The position numbers and the translations under genes were made by a program. DNA of 64,000 nucleotides from Auanema rhodensis. Lineage: Eukaryota > Animalia > Nematoda. Shown piece by piece: positions 13,201-27,277 of the stretch. The stretch spans positions 254,764-318,763 of the forward strand of contig CAXKVF010000084.1 in assembly GCA_964057225.1 (NCBI GenBank), read 5' to 3'. Within the stretch, counting starts at the first letter, position 1. The number at the start of each line of letters is the position of its first letter. The notes below the pieces were generated by a model. The model did no database searches. It had not been told where the DNA came from and saw only the letters and a list, made by a program, of their open reading frames with translations.

Positions 13201-15312
13201 AAACCGCATCTCTTTATCTTTCACGTGAAGCGAGTTACATACCAAGTGCACATCACGTGTACATTTAATTAGCATAAATTAAAGTTCACGTAAATTACAA
13301 AGTCATGGTTACCATGAACCAATATCAATAAAAATTTGTTTTTAGACTAATATGGACATGGGGAATCTAATTTTGAAAACCGCATCTCTTTATCTTTCAC
13401 GTGAAGCGAGTTACATACCAAGTGCACATCACGTATACATTTAATTAGCATAAATTAAAGTTCACGTAAATTTCAAAGTCATGGTTACCATGAACCAATA
13501 TCAATAAAAATTTGTTTTTAGACTAATATGGACATGGGGAATCTAATTTTGAAAACCGCATCTCTTTATCTTTCACGTGAAGCGAGTTACATACCAAGTG
13601 CACATCACGTGTACATTTAATTAGCATAAATTAAAGTTCACGTGAATTTCAAAGTCATGGTTACCATGCACCAATATCAATAAAAATTTGTTTTTAGACT
13701 AATATGGACAAGAGGAATCTAATTTTGAAAACCGCATCTCTTTATCTTTCACGTGAAGCGAGTTACATACCAAGTGCACATCACGTGTACATTTAATTAG
13801 CATAAATTAAAGTTCACGTAAATTTCAAAGTCATGGTTACCATGCACCAATATCAATAAAAATTTGTTTTTAGACTAATATGGACATGGGGAATCTAATT
13901 TTGAAAACCGCATCTCTTTATCTTTCACGTGAAGCGAGTTACATACCAAGTGCACATCACGTGTACATTTAATTAGCATAAATTAAAGTTCACGTAAATT
14001 TCAAAGTCATGGTTACCATGAACCAATATCAATAAAAATTTGTTTTTAGACTAATATGGACATGGGGAATCTAATTTTGAAAACCGCATCTCTTTATCTT
14101 TCACGTGAAGCGAGTTACATACCAAGTGCACATCACGTGTACATTTAATTAGCATAAATTAAAGTTCACGTAAATTTCAAAGTCATGGTTACCATGAACC
14201 AATATCAATAAAAATTTGTTTTTAGACTAATATGGACATGGGGAATCTAATTTTGAAAACCGCATCTCTTTATCTTTCACGTGAAGCGAGTTACATACCA
14301 AGTGCACATCACGTGTACATTTAATTAGCATAAATTAAAGTTCACGTAAATTTCAAAGTCATGGTTACCATGCACCAATATCAATAAAAATTTGTTTTTA
14401 GACTAATATGGACATGGGGAATCTAATTTTGAAAACCGCATCTTTTTATCTTTCACGTGAAGCGAGTTACATACCAAGTGCACATCACGTGTACATTTAA
14501 TTAGCATAAATTAAAGTTCACGTAAATTTCAAAGTCATGGTTACCATGCACCAATATCAATAAAAATTTGTTTTTAAACTAATATGGACATGGGGAATCT
14601 AATTTTGAAAACCGCATCTCTTTATCTTTCACGTGAAGCGAGTTACATACCAAGTGCACATCACGTGTACATTTAATTAGCATAAATTAAAGTTCACGTA
14701 AATTTCAAAGTCATGGTTACCATGCACCAATATCAATAAAAATTTGTTTTTAGACTAATATGGACATGGGGAATCTAATTTTGAAAACCGCATCTCTTTA
14801 TCTTTCACGTGAAGCGAGTTACATACCAAGTGCACATCACGTGTACATTTAATTAGCATAAATTAAAGTTCACGTAAATTTCAAAGTCATGGTTACCATG
14901 AACCAATATCAATAAAAATTTGTTTTTAGACTAATATGGACATGGGGAATCTAATTTTGAAAACCGCATCTCTTTATCTTTCACGTGAAGCGAGTTACAT
15001 ACCAAGTGCACATCACGTATACATTTAATTAGCATAAATTAAAGTTCACGTAAATTTCAAAGTCATGGTTACCATGAACCAATATCAATAAAAATTTGTT
15101 TTTAGACTAATATGGACATGGGGAATCTAATTTTGAAAACCGCATCTCTTTATCTTTCACGTGAAGCGAGTTACATACCAAGTGCACATCACGTGTACAT
15201 TTAATTAGCATAAATTAAAGTTCACGTAAATTTCAAAGTCATGGTTACCATGAACCAATATCAATAAAAATTTGTTTTTAGACTAATATGGACATGGGGA
15301 ATCTAATTTTGA

Positions 15313-17072
15313 AAACCGCATCTCTTTATCTTTCACGTGAAGCGAGTTACATACCAAGTGCACATCACGTATACATTTAATTAGCATAAATTAAAGTTCA
15401 CGTAAATTTCAAAGTCATGGTTACCATGAACCAATATCAATAAAAATTTGTTTTTAGACTAATATGGACATGGGGAATCTAATTTTGAAAACCGCATCTC
15501 TTTATCTTTCACGTGAAGCGAGTTACATACCAAGTGCACATCACGTGTACATTTAATTAGCATAAATTAAAGTTCACGTAAATTTCAAAGTCATGGTTAC
15601 CATGCACCAATATCAATAAAAATTTGTTTTTAGACTAATATGGACATGGGGAATCTAATTTTGAAAACCGCATCTCTTTATCTTTCACGTGAAGCGAGTT
15701 ACATACCAAGTGCACATCACGTGTACATTTAATTAGCATAAATTAAAGTTCACGTAAATTTCAAAGTCATGGTTACCATGCACCAATATCAATAAAAATT
15801 TGTTTTCAGACTAATATGGACATGGGGAATCTAATTTTGAAAACCGCATCTCTTTATCTTTCACGTGAAGCGAGTTACATACCAAGTGCACATCACGTGT
15901 ACATTTAATTAGCATAAATTAAAGTTCACGTAAATTTCAAAGTCATGGTTACCATGAACCAATATCAATAAAAATTTGTTTTTAGACTAATATGGACATG
16001 GGGAATCTAATTTTGAAAACCGCATCTCTTTATCTTTCACGTGAAGCGAGTTACATACCAAGTGCACATCACGTGTACATTTAATTAGCATAAATTAAAG
16101 TTCACGTAAATTTCAAAGTCATGGTTACCATGAACCAATATCAATAAAAATTTGTTTTTAGACTAATATGGACATGGGGAATCTTATTTCGAAAACCGCA
16201 TCTCTTCATCTTTCACGTGAAGCGAGTTACATACCAAGTGCACATCACGTATACATTTAATTAGCATAAATTAAAGTTCACGTAAATTTCAAAGTCATGG
16301 TTACCATGAACCAATATCAATAAAAATTTGTTTTTAGACTAATATGGACATGGGGAATCTAATTTTGAAAACCGCATCTCTTTATCTTTCACGTGAAGCG
16401 AGTTACATACCAAGTGCACATCACGTGTACATTTAATTAGCATAAATTAAAGTTCACGTAAATTTCAAAGTCATGGTTACCATGCACCAATATCAATAAA
16501 AATTTGTTTTTAGACTAATATGGACATGGGGAATCTAATTTTGAAAACCGCATCTCTTTATCTTTCACGTGAAGCGAGTTACATACCAAGTGCACATCAC
16601 GTGTACATTTAATTAGCATAAATTAAAGTTCACGTAAATTTCAAAGTCATGGTTACCATGCACCAATATCAATAAAAATTTGTTTTCAGACTAATATGGA
16701 CATGGGGAATCTAATTTTGAAAACCGCATCTCTTTATCTTTCACGTGAAGCGAGTTACATACCAAGTGCACATCACGTGTACATTTAATTAGCATAAATT
16801 AAAGTTCACGTAAATTTCAAAGTCATGGTTACCATGAACCAATATCAATAAAAATTTGTTTTTAGACTAATATGGACATGGGGAATCTAATTTTGAAAAC
16901 CGCATCTCTTTATCTTTCACGTGAAGCGAGTTACATACCAAGTGCACATCACGTGTACATTTAATTAGCATAAATTAAAGTTCACGTAAATTTCAAAGTC
17001 ATGGTTACCATGAACCAATATCAATAAAAATTTGTTTTTAGACTAATATGGACATGGGGAATCTTATTTCGA
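15313..17072 (+). repeat. Tandem duplication of a 5-monomer block (880 bp)
   Basis: ttttcag at 15807 and 16687; atcttatttcg at 16181 and 17061. Both offsets are 880. Confidence 0.85.
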
Positions 17073-20000
17073 AAACCGCATCTCTTCATCTTTCACGTGA
17101 AGCGAGTTACATACCAAGTGCACATCACGTGTACATTTAATTAGCATAAATTAAAGTTCACGTAAATTACAAAGTCATGGTTACCATGAACCAATATCAA
17201 TAAAAATTTGTTTTTAGACTAATATGGACATGGGGAATCTAATTTTGAAAACCGCATCTCTTTATCTTTCACGTGAAGCGAGTTACATACCAAGTGCACA
17301 TCACGTATACATTTAATTAGCATAAATTAAAGTTCACGTAAATTTCAAAGTCATGGTTACCATGAACCAATATCAATAAAAATTTGTTTTTAGACTAATA
17401 TGGACATGGGGAATCTAATTTTGAAAACCGCATCTCTTTATCTTTCACGTGAAGCGAGTTACATACCAAGTGCACATCACGTGTACATTTAATTAGCATA
17501 AATTAAAGTTCACGTAAATTTCAAAGTCATGGTTACCATGCACCAATATGAATAAAAATTTGTTTTTAGACTAATATGGACATGGGGAATCTAATTTTGA
17601 AAACCGCATCTCTTTATCTTTCACGTGAAGCGAGTTACATACCAAGTGCACATCACGTGTACATTTAATTAGCATAAATTAAAGTTCACGTAAATTTCAA
17701 AGTCATGGTTACCATGCACCAATATCAATAAAAATTTGTTTATAGACTAATATGGACATGGGGAATCTAATTTTGAAAACCGCATCTCTTTATCTTTCAC
17801 GTGAAGCGAGTTACATACCAAGTGCACATCACGTGTACATTTAATTAGCATAAATTAAAGTTCACGTAAATTTCAAAGTCATGGTTACCATGAACCAATA
17901 TCAATAAAAATTTGTTTTTAGACTAATATGGACATGGGGAATCTAATTTTGAAAACCGCATCTCTTTATCTTTCACGTGAAGCGAGTTACATACCAAGTG
18001 CACATCACGTGTACATTTAATTAGCATAAATTAAAGTTCACGTAACTTTCAAAGTCATGGTTACCATGCACCAATATCAATAAAAATTTGTTTTTAGACT
18101 AATATGGACATGGGGAATCTAATTTTGAAAACCGCATCTCTTTATCTTTCACGTGAAGCGAGTTACATACTAAGTGCACATCACGTGTACATTTAATTAG
18201 CATAAATTAAAGTTCACGTAAATTTCAAAGTCATGGTTACCATGCACCAATATCAATAAAAATTTGTTTTTAGACTAATATGGACATGGGGAATCTAATT
18301 TTGAAAACCGCATCTCTTTATCTTTCACGTGAAGCGAGTTACATACCAAGTGCACATCACGTGTACATTTAATTAGCATAAATTAAAGTTCACGTAACTT
18401 TCAAAGTCATGGTTACCATGCACCAATATCAATAAAAATTTGTTTTTAGACTAATATGGACATGGGGAATCTAATTTTGAAAACCGCATCTCTTTATCTT
18501 TCACGTGAAGCGAGTTACATACTAAGTGCACATCACGTGTACATTTAATTAGCATAAATTAAAGTTCACGTAAATTTCAAAGTCATGGTTACCATGCACC
18601 AATATCAATAAAAATTTGTTTTTAGACTAATATGGACATGGGGAATCTAATTTTGAAAACCGCATCTCTTTATCTTTCACGTGAAGCGAGTTACATACCA
18701 AGTGCACATCACGTGTACATTTAATTAGCATAAATTAAAGTTCACGTAAATTTCAAAGTCATGGTTACCATGCACCAATATCAATAAAAATTTGTTTTTA
18801 GACTAATATGGACATGGGGAATCTAATTTTGAAAACCGCATCTCTTTATCTTTCACGTGAAGCGAGTTACATACCAAGTGCACATCACGTGTACATTTAA
18901 TTAGCATAAATTAAAGTTCACGTAAATTTCAAAGTCATGGTTACCATGCACCAATATCAATAAAAATTTGTTTTTAAACTAATATGGACATGGGGAATCT
19001 AATTTTGAAAACCGCATCTCTTTATCTTTCACGTGAAGCGAGTTACATACCAAGTGCACATCACGTGTACATTTAATTAGCATAAATTAAAGTTCACGTA
19101 AATTTCAAAGTCATGGTTACCATGAACCAATATCAATAAAAATTTGTTTTTAGACTAATATGGACATGGGGAATCTAATTTTGAAAACCGAATCTCTTTA
19201 TCTTTCACGTGAAGCGAGTTACATACCAAGTGCACATCACGTGTACATTTAATTAGCATAAATTAAAGTTCACGTGAATTTCAAAGTCATGGTTACCATG
19301 CACCAATATCAAAAAAAATTAGTTTTTAGACTAATATGGACATGGGGAATCTAATTTTGAAAACCGCATCTCTTTATCTTTCACGTGAAGCGAGTTACAT
19401 ACCAAGTGCACATCACGTGTACATTTAATTAGCATAAATTAAAGTTCACGTAAATTTCAAAGTCATGGTTACCATGAACCAATATCAATAAAAATTTGTT
19501 TTTAGACTAATATGGACATGGGGAATCTAATTTTGAAAACCGCATCTCTTTATCTTTCACGTGAAGCGAGTTACATACCAAGTGCACATCACGTGTACAT
19601 TTAATTAGCATAAATTAAAGTTCACGTAAATTTCAAAGTCATGGTTACCATGAACCAATATCAATAAAAATTTGTTTTTAGACTAATATGGACATGGGGA
19701 ATCTAATTTTGAAAACCGCATCTCTTTATCTTTCACGTGAAGCGAGTTACATACCAAGTGCACATCACGTGTACATTTAATTAGCATAAATTAAAGTTCA
19801 CGTAAATTTCAAAGTCATGGTTACCATGAACCAATATCAATAAAAATTTGTTTTTAGACTAATATGGACATGGGGAATCTAATTTTGAAAACCGCATCTC
19901 TTTATCTTTCACGTGAAGCGAGTTACATACCAAGTGCACATCACGTGTACATTTAATTAGCATAAATTAAAGTTCACGTGAATTTCAAAGTCATGGTTAC

Positions 20001-23000
20001 CATGAACCAATATCAATAAAAATTTGTTTTTAGACTAATATGGACATGGGGAATCTAATTTTGAAAACCGCATCTCTTTATCTTTCACGTGAAGCGAGTT
20101 ACATACCAAGTGCACATCACGTATACATTTAATTAGCATAAATTGAAGTTCACGTAAATTTCAAAGTCATGGTTACCATGAACCAATATCAATAAAAATT
20201 TGTTTTTAGACTAATATGGACATGGGGAATCTAATTTTGAAAACCGCATCTCTTTATCTTTCACGTGAAGCGAGTTACATACCAAGTGCACATCACGTGT
20301 ACATTTAATTAGCATAAATTAAAGTTCACGTGAATTTCAAAGTCATGGTTACCATGCACCAATATCAATAAAAATTTGTTTTTAGACTAATATGGACATG
20401 GGAAATCTAATTTTGAAAACCGCATCTCTTTATCTTTCACGTGAAGCGAGTTACATACCAAGTGCACATCACGTGTACATTTAATTAGCATAAATTAAAG
20501 TTCACGTAAATTTCAAAGTCATGGTTACCATGAACCAATATCAATAAAAATTTGTTTTTAGACTAATATGGACATGGGGAATCTAATTTTGAAAACCGCA
20601 TCTCTTTATCTTTCACGTGAAGCGAGTTACATACCAAGTGCACATCACGTGTACATTTAATTAGCATAAATTAAAGTTCACGTAAATTTCAAAGTCATGG
20701 TTACCATGAACCAATATCAATAAAAATTTGTTTTTAGACTAATATGGACATGGGGAATCTAATTTTAAAAACCGCATCTCTTCATCTTTCACGTGAAGCG
20801 AGTTACATACCAAGTGCACATCACGTGTACATTTAATTAGCATAAATTAAAGTTCACGTAAATTTCAAAGTCATGGTTACCATGCACCAATATCAATAAA
20901 AATTTGTTTTTAGACTAATATGGACATGGGGAATCTAATTTTGAAAACCGCATCTTTTTATCTTTCACGTGAAGCGAGTTACATACCAAGTGCACATCAC
21001 GTGTACATTTAATTAGCATAAATTAAAGTTCACGTAAATTTCAAAGTCATGGTTACCATGCACCAATATCAATAAAAATTTGTTTTTAAACTAATATGGA
21101 CATGGGGAATCTAATTTTGAAAACCGCATCTCTTTATCTTTCACGTGAAGCGAGTTACATACCAAGTGCACATCACGTGTACATTTAATTAGCATAAATT
21201 AAAGTTCACGTAAATTTCAAAGTCATGGTTACCATGCACCAATATCAATAAAAATTTGTTTTTAGACTAATATGGACATGGGGAATCTAATTTTGAAAAC
21301 CGCATCTCTTTATCTTTCACGTGAAGCGAGTTACATACCAAGTGCACATCACGTGTACATTTAATTAGCATAAATTAAAGTTCACGTAAATTTCAAAGTC
21401 ATGGTTACCATGAACCAATATCAATAAAATTTGTTTTTAGACTAATATGGACATGGGGAATCTAATTTTGAAAACCGCATCTCTTTATCTTTCACGTGAA
21501 GCGAGTTACATACCAAGTGCACATCACGTATACATTTAATTAGCATAAATTAAAGTTCACGTAAATTTCAAAGTCATGGTTACCATGAACCAATATCAAT
21601 AAAAATTTGTTTTTAGACTAATATGGACATGGGGAATCTAATTTTGAAAACCGCATCTCTTTATCTTTCACGTGAAGCGAGTTACATACCAAGTGCACAT
21701 CACGTGTACATTTAATTAGCATAAATTAAAGTTCACGTAAATTTCAAAGTCATGGTTACCATGAACCAATATCAATAAAAATTTGTTTTTAGACTAATAT
21801 GGACATGGGGAATCTAATTTTGAAAACCGCATCTCTTTATCTTTCACGTGAAGCGAGTTACATACCAAGTGCACATCACGTGTACATTTAATTAGCATAA
21901 ATTAAAGTTCACGTAAATTTCAAAGTCATGGTTACCATGCACCAATATCAATAAAAATTTGTTTTTAGACTAATATGGACATGGGGAATCTATTTTGAAA
22001 ACCGCATCTCTTTATCTTTCACGTGAAGCGAGTTACATACCAAGTGCACATCACGTGTACATTTAATTAGCATAAATTAAAGTTCACGTAAATTTCAAAG
22101 TCATGGTTACCATGAACCAATATCAATAAAATTTGTTTTTAGACTAATATGGACATGGGGAATCTAATTTTGAAAACCGCATCTCTTTATCTTTCACGTG
22201 AAGCGAGTTACATACCAAGTGCACATCACGTATACATTTAATTAGCATAAATTAAAGTTCACGTAAATTTCAAAGTCATGGTTACCATGAACCAATATCA
22301 ATAAAAATTTGTTTTTAGACTAATATGGACATGGGGAATCTAATTTTGAAAACCGCATCTCTTTATCTTTCACGTGAAGCGAGTTACATACCAAGTGCAC
22401 ATCACGTGTACATTTAATTAGCATAAATTAAAGTTCACGTAAATTTCAAAGTCATGGTTACCATGCACCAATATCAATAAAAATTTGTTTTTAGACTAAT
22501 ATGGACATGGGGAATCTAATTTTAAAAACCGCATCTCTTTATCTTTCACGTGAAGCGAGTTACATACCAAGTGCACATCACGTGTACATTTAATTAGCAT
22601 AAATTAAAGTTCACGTAAATTTCAAAGTCATGGTTACCATGAACCAATATCAATAAAAATTTGTTTTTAGACTAATATGGACATGGGGAATCTAATTTTG
22701 AAATCCGCATCTCTTTATCTTTCACGTGAAGCGAGTTACATACCAAGTGCACATCACGTATACATTTAATTAGCATAAATTAAAGTTCACGTAAATTTCA
22801 AAGTCATGGTTACCATGAACCAATATCAATAAAAATTTGTTTTTAGACTAATATGGACATGGGGAATCTAATTTTGAAAACCGCATCTCTTTATCTTTCA
22901 CGTGAAGCGAGTTACATACCAAGTGCACATCACGTGTACATTTAATTAGCATAAATTAAAGTTCACGTAAATTTCAAAGTCATGGTTACCATGCACCAAT

Positions 23001-25869
23001 ATCAATAAAAATTTGTTTTTAGACTAATATGGACATGGGGAATCTAATTTTGAAAACCGCATCTCTTTATCTTTCACGTGAAGCGAGTTACATACCAAGT
23101 GCACATCACGTGTACATTTAATTAGCATAAATTAAAGTTCACGTAAATTTCAAAGTCATGGTTACCATGCACCAATATCAATAAAAATTTGTTTTTAGAC
23201 TAATATGGACATGGGGAATCTAATTTTGAAAACCGCATATCTTCATCTTTCACGTGAAGCGAGTTACATACCAAGTGCACATCACGTGTACATTTAATTA
23301 GCATAAATTAAAGTTCACGTAAATTTCAAAGTCATGGTTACCATGCACCAATATCAATAAAAATTTGTTTTTAGACTAATATGGACATGGGGAATCTAAT
23401 TTTGAAAACCGCATCTCTTTATCTTTCACGTGAAGCGAGTTACATACCAAGTGCACATCACGTGTACATTTAATTAGCATAAATTAAAGTTCACGTAAAT
23501 TTCAAAGTCATGGTTACCATGAACCAATATCAATAAAAATTTGTTTTTAGACTAATATGGACATGGGGAATCTAATTTTGAAAACCGCATCTCTTTATCT
23601 TTCACGTGAAGCGAGTTACATACCAAGTGCACATCACGTGTACATTTAATTAGCATAAATTAAAGTTCACGTAAATTTCAAAGTCATGGTTACCATGAAC
23701 CAAGATCAATAAAAATTTGTTTTTAGACTAATATGGACATGGGGAATCTAATTTTGAAAACCGCATCTCTTTATCTTTCACGTGAAGCGAGTTACATACC
23801 AAGTGCACATCACGTGTACATTTAATTAGCATAAATTAAAGTTCACGTAAATTTCAAAGTCATGGTTACCATGAACCAATATCAATAAAAATTTGTTTTT
23901 AGACTAATATGGACATGGGGAATCTAATTTTGAAAACCGCATCTCTTTATCTTTCACGTGAAGCGAGTTACATACCAAGTGCACATCACGTGTACATTTA
24001 ATTAGCATAAATTAAAGTTCACGTAAATTTCAAAGTCATGGTTACCATGCACCAATATCAATAAAAATTTGTTTTTAGACTAATATGGACATGGGGAATC
24101 CAATTTTGAAAACCGCATCTCTTTATCTTTCACGTGAAGCGAGTTACATACCAAGTGCACATCACGTGTACATTTAATTAGCATAAATTAAAGTTCACGT
24201 AAATTTCAAAGTCATGGTTACCATGCACCAATATCAATAAAAATTTGTTTTTAGACTAATATGGACATGGGAAATCTAATTTTGAAAACCGCATCTCTTT
24301 ATCTTTCACGTGAAGCGAGTTACATACCAAGTGCACATCACGTGTACATTTAATTAGCATAAATTAAAGTTCACGTAAATTTCAAAGTCATGGTTACCAT
24401 GCACCAATATCAATAAAAATTTGTTTTTAGACTAATATGGACATGGGGAATCTAATTTTGAAAACCGCATCTCTTTATCTTTCACGTGAAGCGAGTTACA
24501 TACCAAGTGCACATCACGTGTACATTTAATTAGCATAAATTAAAGTTCACGTAAATTTCAAAGTCATGGTTACCATGAAGCAATATCAATAAAAATTTGT
24601 TTTTAGACTAATATGGACATGGGGAATCTAATTTTGAAAACCGCATCTCTTTATCTTTCACGTGAAGCGAGTTACATACCAAGTGCACATCACGTGTACA
24701 TTTAATTAGCATAAATTAAAGTTCACGTAAATTTCAAAGTCATGGTTACCATGAACCAATATCAATGAAAATTTGTTTTTAGACTAATATGGACATGGGG
24801 AATCTAATTTTGAAAACCGCATCTCTTTATCTTTCACGTGAAGCGAGTTACATACCAAGTGCACATCACGTGTACATTTAATTAGCATAAATTAAAGTTC
24901 ACGTAAATTTCAAAGTCATGGTTACCATGAAGCAATATCAACACAAATTTGTTTTTAGACTAATATGGACATGGGAAATCTAATTTTGAAAACCGCATCT
25001 CTTTATCTTTCACGTGAAGCGAGTTACATACCAAGTGCACATCACGTGTACATTTAATTAGCATTAATTAAAGTTCACGTAAATTTCAAAGTCATGGTTA
25101 CCATGAACCAATATCAATAAAAATTTGTTTTTAGACTAATATGGACATGGGGAATCTAATTTTGAAAACCGCATCTCTTTATCTTTCACGTGAAGCGAGT
25201 TACATACCAAGTGCACATCACGTGTACATTTAATTAGCATAAATTAAAGTTCACGTAAATTTCAAAGTCATGGTTACCATGAAGCAATATCAATAAAAAT
25301 TTGTTTTTAGACTAATATGGACATGGGGAATCTAATTTTGAAAACCGCATCTCTTTATCTTTCACGTGAAGCGAGTTACATACCAAGTGCACATCACGTG
25401 TACATTTAATTAGCATTAATTAAAGTTCACGTAAATTTCAAAGTCATGGTTACCATGAACCAATATCAATAAAAATTTGTTTTTAGACTAATATGGACAT
25501 GGGGAATCTAATTTTGAAAACCGCATCTCTTTATCTTTCACGTGAAGCGAGTTACATACCAAGTGCACATCACGTGTACATTTAATTAGCATAAATTAAA
25601 GTTCACGTAAATTTCAAAGTCATGGTTACCATGAACTAATATCAATAAAAATTTGTTTTTAGACTAATATGGACATGGGGAATCTAATTTTGAAAACCGC
25701 ATCTCTTTATCTTTCACGTGAAGCGAGTTACATACCAAGTGCACATCACGTGTACATTTAATTAGCATAAATTAAAGTTCACGTAAATTTCAAAGTCATG
25801 GTTACCATGAACCAATATCAATAAAAATTTGTTTTTAGACTAATATGGACATGGGGAATCTAATTTTAA

Positions 25870-27277
25870 AAACCGCATCTCTTTATCTTTCACGTGAAGC
25901 GAGTTACATACCAAGTGCACATCACGTGTACATTTAATTAGCATAAATTAAAGTTCACGGAAATTTCAAAGTCATGGTTACAATGAAGCAATATCAATAA
26001 AAATTTGTTTTTAGACTAATATGGACATGGGGAATCTAATTTTGAAAACCGCATCTCTTTATCTTTCACGTGAAGCGAGTTACATACCAAGTGCACATCA
26101 CGTGTACATTTAATTAGCATAAATTAAAGTTCACGTAAATTTCAAAGTCATGGTTACCATGAACCAATATCAATAAAAATTTGTTTTTAGACTAATATGG
26201 ACATGGGGAATCTAATTTTGAAAACCGCATCTCTTTATCTTTCACGTGAAGCGAGTTACATACCAAGTGCACATCACGTGTACATTTAATTAGCATAAAT
26301 TAAAGTTCACGGAAATTTCAAAGTCATGGTTACAATGAAGCAATATCGATAAAAATTTGTTTTTAGACTAATATGGACATGGGGAATCTAATTTTGAAAA
26401 CCGCCTCTCTTTATCTTTCACGTGAAGCGAGTTACATACCAAGTGCACATCACGTGTACATTTAATTAGCATAAATTAAAGTTCACGTAAATTTCAAAGT
26501 CATGGTTACCATGAACCAATATCAATAAAAATTTGTTTTTAGACTAATATGGACATGGGGAATCTAATTTTAAAAACCGCATCTCTTTATCTTTCACGTG
26601 AAGCGAGTTACATACCAAGTGCACATCACGTGTACATTTAATTAGCATAAATTAAAGTTCACGGAAATTTCAAAGTCATGGTTACAATGAAGCAATATCA
26701 ATAAAAATTTGTTTTTAGACTAATATGGACATGGGGAATCTAATTTTGAAAACCGCATCTCTTTATCTTTCACGTGAAGCGAGTTACATACCAAGTGCAC
26801 ATCACGTGTACATTTAATTAGCATAAATTAAAGTTCACGTAAATTTCAAAGTCATGGTTACCATGAACCAATATCAATAAAAATTTGTTTTTAGACTAAT
26901 ATGGACATGGGGAATCTAATTTTGAAAACCGCATCTCTTTATCTTTCACGTGAAGCGAGTTACATACCAAGTGCACATCACGTGTACATTTAATTAGCAT
27001 AAATTAAAGTTCACGGAAATTTCAAAGTCATGGTTACAATGAAGCAATATCGATAAAAATTTGTTTTTAGACTAATATGGACATGGGGAATCTAATTTTG
27101 AAAACCGCCTCTCTTTATCTTTCACGTGAAGCGAGTTACATACCAAGTGCACATCACGTGTACATTTAATTAGCATAAATTAAAGTTCACGTAAATTTCA
27201 AAGTCATGGTTACCATGAACCAATATCAATAAAAATTTGTTTTTAGACTAATATGGACATGGGGAATCTAATTTTGA
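25870..27277 (+). repeat. Nested higher-order repeat: dimer x4 organised as tetramer x2
   Basis: cacggaaat plus tacaatgaagc at 25960, 26312, 26664 and 27016 (spacing 352). tatcgat and ccgcctc occur only in the 2nd and 4th dimers (spacing 704). Confidence 0.92.
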
